The notes beneath the pieces were generated by a model. That model was not told where the DNA came from and did not search any database. It saw only the letters and a program-made list of their open reading frames with translations. The translations under genes were made by a program, and so were the position numbers. Shown piece by piece: positions 34,661-41,021 of a stretch of 42,364 nucleotides of DNA. The first letter of the stretch is position 1, and each line of letters starts with the position of its first letter. This DNA comes from Candidatus Eiseniibacteriota bacterium (lineage in GTDB: Bacteria; Joyebacterota; Joyebacteria; Joyebacterales; Joyebacteraceae), in contig DAOWCM010000003.1 of assembly GCA_030639555.1 (NCBI GenBank), positions 1 to 42,364 of the forward strand. The letters run 5' to 3'.

Positions 34661-34749
34661 GGCACGGGCGGCTGCTGGGGCACCTGACTTCCCAGCTCTT
34701 CCTGCGCTTCACCGCGGTTCCACGCAGGCTGCGTTTGTAGGTTTGCGCC
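34661..34749 (-). ncRNA. Structured RNA element B (two hairpins in a closing stem, about 89 nt)
   Basis: GGCGC/GUGCC ends; hairpins CCUGCG...CGCAGG and GCUGGG...CCCAGC. Confidence 0.45.
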
Positions 34750-34772
34750 AAGCCTCCCTCATTCTGATTAGC

Positions 34773-34906
34773 GGCGCAACGAGGATTGGCGAGAGGGTTT
34801 TTGTGCTACCAATTACACTACACGGCCTTTTGAGGGGCCGCGTCCGGACTCGAACCGAAACTTTCTAAGTACAAATTAGATGTACTCTCAACCGAGCATT
34901 TGCGCC
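34773..34906 (-). ncRNA. YrlA-like Y RNA Y3 containing a complete circularly permuted tRNA (anticodon UGU)
   Basis: GGCGCAA-AUGC...CUCG-UUGCGCC. In order: anticodon arm UCUAA-UUUGUAC-UUAGA, T arm UUCGG-UUCGAGU-CCGGA, acceptor CGCGGCC-loop-GGCCGUG, UA, D arm GUGU-AAUUGGUA-GCAC. Confidence 0.88.
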
Positions 34907-34916
34907 TATTTTATAA

Positions 34917-34987
34917 GCCCCGACAAGGGGTAGATTCACGAGACGATATCAGATGTGAGATGTAGTCCCGTTGAGGGCATTCGGGGC
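34917..34987 (-). ncRNA. Minimal Y-RNA-like unit Y2 (71 nt)
   Basis: GCCCCGA-AUGC...CUUG-UCGGGGC; upper stem CGGGAC/GUCUCG followed by UACAU. Confidence 0.8.
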
Positions 34988-34994
34988 AATTCTT

Positions 34995-35008
34995 GTTTTC
35001 AAAGAGCA
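34995..35008 (-). promoter_or_regulatory. boxA-like (NusB/NusE) antitermination site
   Basis: Minus strand TGCTCTTTGAAAAC, versus rrn boxA TGCTCTTTAACA, in the spacer after the first Y RNA. Confidence 0.65.
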
Positions 35009-35013
35009 GTAGA

Positions 35014-35163
35014 GGCGCGACGAGTCTTCGAGTGAGGGACAACGGGTTTGACCCCGCAACGGTACTCTACCACTGAGTTACACAGTCGATTTAACGGCCG
35101 TGACTGGACTCGAACCAGCGACTCCCGGCTTGACAGGCATGTACTCACTCAGGCATTCGCGCC
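35014..35163 (-). ncRNA. YrlA-like Y RNA Y1 with a tRNA-Asp-like domain
   Basis: GGCGCGA-AUGC...CUCG-UCGCGCC; GAGUGAG/CUCACUC; GC-CUGUCAA-GC; T arm GCUGG-UUCGAGU-CCAGU; acceptor CACGGCC-G..C-GACUGUG; D arm ACUC-AGUGGUA-GAGU. Confidence 0.88.
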
Positions 35164-35600
35164 AGCTCGTTATCGTGTAGGGCCCTGGGTGAAAAGTAAA
35201 CTGGAATCTCTGGATGCTGGTGACGCCAGGCGTGCATGATCTTACGGATCCCCTTGCCGAAGCCCTCCTGTCGACGATCGAGCCCCGTGCGCGAGGTGTT
35301 GAGCCACACGACGGCGTCGACCTCAAGGCCCTTCCGAAGACAGCGCGGGACCTGAGTTCCGGCGACTATGAAAGATTCTTTCCCAGTCACCAGTGAGCAT
35401 ATCTTCGAGGGAATCGTCGGCCAGTCTTTCCTCGAGAGCACATCGGTATGGACAACCTCCTTCGGAGGGGTCCCACGTCCGCCTTCCTCGAGCAGCAAGG
35501 TTTTCCCGCTGTTCACCACGCCGGTCAAGGCGACGCGGGGATAGACCTCGAGCAATTTGCGCCAGACCGTCGGTGTAAGCTGTTCTTGTATCAGCGTCAT
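35145..35600 (-). CDS. Small P-loop kinase (adenylate/polynucleotide-kinase-like fold)
   Basis: RVALTGVVNSGKT Walker A, then VVHTD, FIVAG and VDAVVWL strands; 151 aa. Confidence 0.7.
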   Translation of the reverse strand: MTLIQEQLTPTVWRKLLEVYPRVALTGVVNSGKTLLLEEGGRGTPPKEVVHTDVLSRKDWPTIPSKICSLVTGKESFIVAGTQVPRCLRKGLEVDAVVWLNTSRTGLDRRQEGFGKGIRKIMHAWRHQHPEIPVYFSPRALHDNELARMPE

Positions 35601-35820
35601 TGACCAGCTTCTCCCAGCTCTCTCGGTTGGCCCAGATCGTGTTCGAGATCGAGTAGACGTAGCCCTTCGGGATGAACGGGCTCAGCTGGATCTGAAACGA
35701 CCACAGCATCGGCTTGTCAGGCGGAAAGAGCTGCGGCATCGTCTTCCTGGCGACACCGGCGGCTACCGCTATCGCTCCAAGAACGGCTTTGAGGAACGAA
35801 CGCCTTTCGACTCTTTCCAT
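35323..35820 (-). CDS. Twin-arginine-signal protein 2
   Basis: ATG 35820 after GGAG; MERVERRSFLKAVLGAIAVAAG; the C-terminal part overlaps the kinase ORF. Confidence 0.55.
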   Translation of the reverse strand: MERVERRSFLKAVLGAIAVAAGVARKTMPQLFPPDKPMLWSFQIQLSPFIPKGYVYSISNTIWANRESWEKLVNDADTRTAYTDGLAQIARGLSPRRLDRRGEQRENLAARGRRTWDPSEGGCPYRCALEERLADDSLEDMLTGDWERIFHSRRNSGPALSSEGP

Positions 35821-36068
35821 GATCCGTTCTCCATTCTCAGGTACACAAGCTCGTCGGTCGTCATCACGATGAGCGTCCCAGGGATGAGCTTCACTTTGGC
35901 GAGGCCCGGGTCGCCCTTCGCCATCGCCCAGATCCCCGGCTTGTACCAGTTGGTGTGCGTCACCACCGGATCGGGCTTCGGCATGACTGAAGGCAGCGCC
36001 CCAGGAACGACAAGGGCGGTGGCGCACCCGAGGGCTGCTTTCAGAAAACTACGACGGTTCCTTTTCAT
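35769..36068 (-). CDS. Twin-arginine-signal protein 1
   Basis: MKRNRRSFLKAALGCATALVVP; the start overlaps the Ro60 3' end. Confidence 0.6.
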   Translation of the reverse strand: MKRNRRSFLKAALGCATALVVPGALPSVMPKPDPVVTHTNWYKPGIWAMAKGDPGLAKVKLIPGTLIVMTTDELVYLRMENGSWKESKGVRSSKPFLER

Positions 36069-37704
36069 GCACAGACGTTAGCTCGACAGCCTTGATCTGG
36101 TCAACCCAGAAACCCTTCGACGCCTGGCCCTTCGCCACAGCGTCGAGAAAACGGAACACACTGTCGGAGAATCCCCCGACGTTGAAAATGTCGTCACGCT
36201 CCTTCGCTTGCGTAGACGCGTACGGGTTGATGTCGATGCAGACCATCTTCGCCTGCGGGCTTTTGCGCTTGAAATGCTCCCAGGCTCGCATCGTCCCTGT
36301 CGGCTGGTTCAGCCCTTGGAGGGACTGGTAGCGATAGCCCGGGTAGCGGCCGTTGGACTCGACCCAGGACTGGTTGTCGGACACGTAGACGCAGAGGTCC
36401 CCGGTGAGGCCCTGAGCGTTCAGGAGGTCGAGCGGTGCAGCCAGATTGGTAGCGCCCCCGTTGAAACGGGCCAGGATCTCCGTGTTGGTCATGACGGAGT
36501 CGCGCGGGTTGAGCCGGACGTTGTGCGCCCGCTGGTCGAACGGAATGACGACCGTCTTCGGGTTGGCGCGGAGAATCGCGGATGCCACCAGCGCGGCGAC
36601 CATCTGACAGGTTACCCGGGTCGTGGAGCCCTTGCGGGCGCCCGTGACCGGAGACTGCATGGAGCCCGAGACGTCGGGGAAGACATAGATCTGGCCGGTG
36701 GTCGAAGGGATGTTCTCGAGGGACGCGTCGAGTGCGTCCTGGAGAGCCTCGGAGATGTCGTGAGGCACGTCCTTGACCGCGTGGTATGCCATGAACAGCT
36801 GGTAGGGGAAGCAGCGAGCGCGGCGCACCAGCTCGGGGCTGGCGAGACGCCTGGCCACGACCTGGATCATCTTCGGGTCCTCGAACACCCCGTGTCGCTT
36901 GAAGGTGTTCAGGTTCATCCGGGTCATCTGCCACGGCGCGCGATTCGCGATGTCCGTCCACTCCTTCTTCCCGAGCTTCAGCGAGGTCAGCATCTGGAAG
37001 GGGACGTCGGGCACCTCGATGTCGATGCGGTCCTCGCCGACGCGGTGGGAGTAGGCCTTGTACGCCTCGAAGTCGCGGACGAGGTCCGGGAGCACATCCA
37101 GACCTTCGGCCCAGACGTTCTCGTTCTTCCCGATCAGGTACGCGAAGAGCGCGGCCTGCATCTTGCTCGCGGGCTTGGGGTGAACCATCTTGATCACGTC
37201 GGCGATCGACGGATCCTGGCCCACGGAGTCGCGGAAGAGCCGGTCGAACTTCCGTCCGGTCAGCCACCCGCGCACGAGGCGGCGGGGCGCGGATCCCATG
37301 CTCTTCCGACCGGTCACGCCCGAGCGGACGATCTGGACGAAGTTGCGCAGCATCCGTGCGTTGTCCATGACGAGCGGGAACGCCAGATTCAGCAGCGGAT
37401 CCTTCCGGGCAGCCAGCACCGCGCAGAGCAGCGCCGGCATGTCCTTCATGAACGCCTGGCGTCGAGCGTAGACCGCGGTGCGGGCGACGAAGTCCGAGCT
37501 GCAGCCATCGGCGAGCTTCAGCACCTTCTCGAGCTGGGCCTCCGCGGTCGCGTAGAACGTGTTGCCGAAGCAGCCGGTGGCGGCGAGCTGCGCGAGCCCG
37601 TGCTCGGAGCCCTGGTCGTACGCCGTGCCGCCTGCCTCGTTCTTGATGTCCGTGTTGGGGAGCAACTGTCCCCGAGTGGACGCAAAGACACCCTTGTTAG
37701 CCAT
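36049..37704 (-). CDS. rsr: Ro60 / TROVE-domain RNA-binding protein with C-terminal vWA domain
   Basis: 551 aa; NEAGGTAY...LAQLAATGCFGNTFY, AVYARRQAFMKDMPALL, RMLRNFVQIVRSG, DVIKMVHPKP, WQMTRMNLNTF; vWA MIDAS DVSGSM, GGATN, VSDNQSW, VGGFSDSVF; GGAGG RBS. Confidence 0.95.
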   Translation of the reverse strand: MANKGVFASTRGQLLPNTDIKNEAGGTAYDQGSEHGLAQLAATGCFGNTFYATAEAQLEKVLKLADGCSSDFVARTAVYARRQAFMKDMPALLCAVLAARKDPLLNLAFPLVMDNARMLRNFVQIVRSGVTGRKSMGSAPRRLVRGWLTGRKFDRLFRDSVGQDPSIADVIKMVHPKPASKMQAALFAYLIGKNENVWAEGLDVLPDLVRDFEAYKAYSHRVGEDRIDIEVPDVPFQMLTSLKLGKKEWTDIANRAPWQMTRMNLNTFKRHGVFEDPKMIQVVARRLASPELVRRARCFPYQLFMAYHAVKDVPHDISEALQDALDASLENIPSTTGQIYVFPDVSGSMQSPVTGARKGSTTRVTCQMVAALVASAILRANPKTVVIPFDQRAHNVRLNPRDSVMTNTEILARFNGGATNLAAPLDLLNAQGLTGDLCVYVSDNQSWVESNGRYPGYRYQSLQGLNQPTGTMRAWEHFKRKSPQAKMVCIDINPYASTQAKERDDIFNVGGFSDSVFRFLDAVAKGQASKGFWVDQIKAVELTSVHEKEPS

Positions 37705-37752
37705 CGGCCTGTCCTCCCTGGCTTAGGGTTGTGGGGTGGAAACGTGAGGAGT

Positions 37753-38133
37753 CTACAGCCCCCGCGCCGCGATGTCCCGCGCCAAATCGAGGCACAGCCG
37801 GGTTCTCCAATCACCCACGCGCAGCATCATGGTCTCGACATCCACCTCGGCGACGACCCCGCCACCGTGGGTGATGCGGGCCATGTAGGAGTCCCGGTTC
37901 ATCCGACGCTGGACGAAGACGTCGTACTCGCTCGTGGGGAGGTGCCTCCGTATTTCGAGCTCGATCATCCCCGGCCAGCTACCGTCGATCTGCTGGCGCC
38001 GGCGCTGCTCCGCCAGTTCGTACATCGGGACCTGATTCACTCCAGAGAGATGTGGGGAGTCTGCCCATCCCAGAGGGCTCAGGCCTATGGCCTGGTCGTA
38101 TCCCTGCTGGGTGATGTGGAGGATCCGGCTCAC
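37753..38133 (-). CDS. Hypothetical protein
   Basis: GTGA-coupled ORF upstream of Ro60. Confidence 0.5.
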   Translation of the reverse strand: MSRILHITQQGYDQAIGLSPLGWADSPHLSGVNQVPMYELAEQRRRQQIDGSWPGMIELEIRRHLPTSEYDVFVQRRMNRDSYMARITHGGGVVAEVDVETMMLRVGDWRTRLCLDLARDIAARGL

Positions 38134-38291
38134 CGCTTGATCCCCTTCTCGACCCCGTCGGCGATGATCTCGACGGCCCCTGCTCGAGCGCGATCCAGGA
38201 GGTCCGATCGCTCCCGAGGGGGCGGGTTCATCAGCGCGATCCCCGCGAGGACGACGCCCAGGGCGACGAGCGCGACCTTCCAGAGCTTCAC
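38130..38291 (-). CDS. Small membrane/secreted protein (53 aa)
   Basis: GTG 38291 overlaps the upstream stop; MKLWKVALVALGVVLAGIALMN. Confidence 0.5.
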   Translation of the reverse strand: MKLWKVALVALGVVLAGIALMNPPPRERSDLLDRARAGAVEIIADGVEKGIKR

Positions 38292-38575
38292 CGGCTCTTC
38301 CTCACGACCGGCGGGGAGTGGACGTCGGACGGGCGGACGTTGCCGCCGCCGAGCGCGTACTTCCCGAGCCACTCGCGCGCGGCGGAGCGGACCTTCAGAT
38401 CCCCGTCGATGGCGTCCTGGACGCAGGCAGCCGCGACCTTCTCGATGTCGTCGGTCGAGATCTGGTTGATCACGGCCGCGAGGTAGCTGCGCTCGTTGCG
38501 CTTGCGCCTGACGGTCGCCACGAGGGTCTGGGCCTCGATGACGTCCTTATCGGTGAGGGGCGGCAGGTCGGTCAT
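38288..38575 (-). CDS. Small helical protein (TerS-like helix motif)
   Basis: DDIEKVAAACVQDAIDGD...AAREWLGKYALG resembles the A..GD..A..L motif of small phage packaging-associated proteins. Confidence 0.45.
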   Translation of the reverse strand: MTDLPPLTDKDVIEAQTLVATVRRKRNERSYLAAVINQISTDDIEKVAAACVQDAIDGDLKVRSAAREWLGKYALGGGNVRPSDVHSPPVVRKSR

Positions 38576-39300
38576 GCTCTTACTCTGAGGAGCCCGGGGA
38601 AGGTTTCAATGTCGGTGATCCCGCCTGAGGCGAACGGACTGTCCGTGTTGGCCGTGAAGAGGAAGTCCCGCCGGCGCTGGCGCGCGTGGGTGTAGTAGTG
38701 CTCGTCCTCACAGGTCAGCGTGTACTGGGCCTCGGGCGTGCCCTCGAGGATCTTGATCTGGAGCGTGAACAGCTCAGTGCCGCCCGGGATCGTGATCGGC
38801 GGGACGATCCGCTCCTGGCTCATGGAGAAGAACGCCGCCGCGTACTCCCACCACTCCTCGGGAAGCGCGTGGTGCGGGTCGTGCTTGACGAACTGGAAGA
38901 TTGACCAGAACTTCTCCTCCCCGTCCTCGTCGACCATGCCCTGTGCGGTGAGGTAGTCGGTCAGGTACTTCCCGAGCTTGACTCCGACGGCCTGGAAGAG
39001 CCCGTAGCCGCTCCGGGCGACGTTCGGGAGGAGGCCCACGCCGCCGCCGATGTGGAAGCCGCTCGTTTTGTAGACGCAGCCCGCCTCGACGGAGATCTCC
39101 ACGGTGTCGCCGGGACTCCCCTCGGCGTCCCCGATGTCGAAATACGGGACTCGGACCTTCGGAGGAGGAGGGGGCGGGGGCGCAGGAACGATAGGTTGTG
39201 GGTCTGGTCCGCCCCCGCCGGGGGGAGGGGTGATTGGAATTGTGACCGGTCCGTCTGAGACTTTGACGAGTTCGCCCTCGACGAGCATTGTTCCTCTCAT
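38572..39300 (-). CDS. Protein with Pro linker and cohesin-like beta-sandwich
   Basis: PPPPPPP linker, then FDIGDAEGSPGDTVEISV...ELFTLQIKILEGTPEAQYTL, a cohesin-like pattern. Confidence 0.55.
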   Translation of the reverse strand: MRGTMLVEGELVKVSDGPVTIPITPPPGGGGPDPQPIVPAPPPPPPPKVRVPYFDIGDAEGSPGDTVEISVEAGCVYKTSGFHIGGGVGLLPNVARSGYGLFQAVGVKLGKYLTDYLTAQGMVDEDGEEKFWSIFQFVKHDPHHALPEEWWEYAAAFFSMSQERIVPPITIPGGTELFTLQIKILEGTPEAQYTLTCEDEHYYTHARQRRRDFLFTANTDSPFASGGITDIETFPGLLRVRA

Positions 39301-39674
39301 GCCGATTCTCCTGTGGGTGGTATCCAGCTCTCAACGTCTCTGATCGTTCCGTTTCCATTGAAGGCCCCCGCGCGCGTAAGGAGGTCCTCGAGGAGGGCGT
39401 CCTTCTCGGCCGTGGTGAGCGCGGTGAAGAGCTTCCCGTTCGTCGGATCCGAGCGGAGCTTCTGGGCCGTGCGGGTGGTGTCGGCGGTGGCGATCTCCGC
39501 CTCGAGCAGGATCTGCTCGTCGAGATACTGCCGCTCTGTCGGCTCTACATCGATCGGATCGCGCCAGACGACCTGCTCGGTATCGTCGATGGCGCCCCCC
39601 TTCCAGCCCCACTGAGCGCTGCCTCGAAGCCTACCGAGGAGCTGCCTGACGTCTCCGCCTGGGATTATCGCCAT
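39297..39674 (-). CDS. Hypothetical protein
   Basis: TGATG/ATGA coupling; GGAGG RBS. Confidence 0.55.
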   Translation of the reverse strand: MAIIPGGDVRQLLGRLRGSAQWGWKGGAIDDTEQVVWRDPIDVEPTERQYLDEQILLEAEIATADTTRTAQKLRSDPTNGKLFTALTTAEKDALLEDLLTRAGAFNGNGTIRDVESWIPPTGESA

Positions 39675-40402
39675 CAGAGCCTCCAGAGCTCAATCGTGGT
39701 GTAGATCTCGATGTTTACGATCGTCGTCGCGGCGACCGCCAGGCCCATTCCCCAGGTAGCGACCGACAGCTGGCACTCGTGCTGGATCTCGAGCGACTGA
39801 GCGTCGGCGACGGTGAACTGGCCGACGATGAAGCTCCAGACCTCCGTTTGGGTCAGGAATCCGGCCGTCAGACCGCTGAAGGAGTTGACCGAGAGGCCGA
39901 GGTCCGAGGCGGCCGTCGTGTTCCTCAGCCGGGCCGTCGAAGCCCCGACCGCCAGTGACGGTGCCGCGGCCCAGAAGATGTACGTTCCGGCCTCGAGGAT
40001 CAGGACGTTCGATATCAGGGAGACCACCAGGGACGAGTCGTCGTGGACGATCGTATTGAGATCTCGGGTCCTGAAGGCGCCCAGGGTGAAGGTTCCGCCA
40101 TGCACACCGTCCGCCTTCTCGTCGCGGATCATGATGTAGTCGCTGGGGTTCGTCCCGGCGAGCGCGGCTATCGCGGCCAGGATCGCGGTTCGGGTGTCCC
40201 GCACCAGGATCGAGTGGTCGCCGAAGTAGATCCTCGAGACCGGGCCCGCGTCCGCCGGGAACTCCGCACTGGCGGGCTCGTCCACGACGCCCAGGATGTC
40301 CTGGGCCCGAATGGTGATCGTCTCGTTCGTCTCCCACGTCGTGAAGTCGAGCTCGTCGGTCTGGAGACCGGATCCCAAGCTGAGTCTCTGCGGCCTGAAC
40401 AT
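39674..40402 (-). CDS. Two-domain protein: FlbD-like N-terminus fused to a tail-fibre-tip (C1q/TNF-like) domain
   Basis: C-terminal RDEKADGVHGGTFTLGAFRTRDLNT...LEAGTY...EIQHEC...EIYTTIELW is a recurring phage fibre-tip domain. Confidence 0.55.
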   Translation of the reverse strand: MFRPQRLSLGSGLQTDELDFTTWETNETITIRAQDILGVVDEPASAEFPADAGPVSRIYFGDHSILVRDTRTAILAAIAALAGTNPSDYIMIRDEKADGVHGGTFTLGAFRTRDLNTIVHDDSSLVVSLISNVLILEAGTYIFWAAAPSLAVGASTARLRNTTAASDLGLSVNSFSGLTAGFLTQTEVWSFIVGQFTVADAQSLEIQHECQLSVATWGMGLAVAATTIVNIEIYTTIELWRL

Positions 40403-40409
40403 GAAGGTA

Positions 40410-40415
40410 AGTATA
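40410..40415 (-). promoter_or_regulatory. -10 box of a probable leaderless promoter
   Basis: TATACT ends 7 nt before ATG 40402 and there is no SD. The nearest TTGACC is 20 nt upstream, which is non-optimal. Confidence 0.45.
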
Positions 40416-40574
40416 GGGGGGTCTTGGGTGGTTCAGGTCAAGACCGCAGTTAATAGACCACCCGGCACCCCAGAAGTCGAAAGTAGCCTATTAGAGATTC
40501 CGAAACGTGGCACGGGCACCACCTAAACCCCGCCCAGGTCAAGAGAAAAGGAGATGTCACATCTCTCCCCCGTG

Positions 40575-40799
40575 TCACGTTCGGCGTGACCTGGCCTTCT
40601 CCTCGATCTTCTCGAACTCCTCGAGGACCTTGATCTCCTCGTTCGCCTTCGCCCACTGGCGGAACTCGGCCTCGATCTTCTTCCCGCACATCTCGTACAG
40701 CGCTCTCATCGCCTCCGGCCGGCCCGTCAGCGGCAGCCGGAGCGACGTGTCCACCACCAGCTCAATCACCCTCGAGATCGGGTCGCTCATCTGAGTCAT
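40575..40799 (-). CDS. Hypothetical protein (74 aa)
   Basis: GGAAGG RBS before ATG 40799 (MTQMSDPISR...); the listed upstream extension is probably not coding. Confidence 0.55.
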   Translation of the reverse strand: MTQMSDPISRVIELVVDTSLRLPLTGRPEAMRALYEMCGKKIEAEFRQWAKANEEIKVLEEFEKIEEKARSRRT

Positions 40800-40894
40800 T
40801 GGCATCCTTCCAAACCGCGGTCCTGTCCTACAGTAGATCCTCTTCGCCAGCCCACCGTACCCGAAACCTCTGGCCCAGGGCTCACGGATCTCAG

Positions 40895-41002
40895 TCACAC
40901 CAGCCACCCGAGCAGAAACCCGAGCCCGAAGCACAGCAGGCCAAGCACGATCGCCACGAAGAGCAGCGCCTGGCCTATCCCAGCCGTCATTCCTGAGTCC
41001 AT
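40895..41002 (-). CDS. 35-aa membrane peptide (not in the ORF track)
   Basis: GAGGAGG RBS; MDSGMTAGIGQALLFVAIVLGLLCFGLGFLLGWLV. Confidence 0.6.
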   Translation of the reverse strand: MDSGMTAGIGQALLFVAIVLGLLCFGLGFLLGWLV

Positions 41003-41021
41003 TGGCATCCTCCTCGGTAAA

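Noticed and set aside
34661-34700. SRP RNA-like motif (GUCAGGU...AGCAGCC) in element B
   Set aside because: It lacks the GNRA-capped helix between the two halves, and the bases are used in an alternative GCUGGG/CCCAGC stem.
34569-34868. Listed 99-aa plus-strand ORF (and the short ORFs 35048-35239 and 35078-35326)
   Set aside because: They have no RBS or codon bias and cross the structured RNA units; two are antisense to the operon.
34387-35163. CRISPR array or simple tandem repeat
   Set aside because: The recurring motifs (gatgta, gcattc) are short, the unit lengths vary from 71 to 150 nt, and the conservation is in base-pairing rather than sequence. There are no cas genes; the Cas4-like nuclease belongs to the RecT module.
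34773-35163. Ordinary tRNA genes
   Set aside because: The arm order is permuted (T arm before D arm), the acceptor stems are closed by loops, and there is no free CCA end.
40791-41012. Near-duplicate 20-mers (ctgagtcattggcatcc at 40791 and ctgagtccattggcatcc at 40993)
   Set aside because: Both are the RBS and start region of adjacent small genes, so this is a duplicated translation start rather than a separate element.
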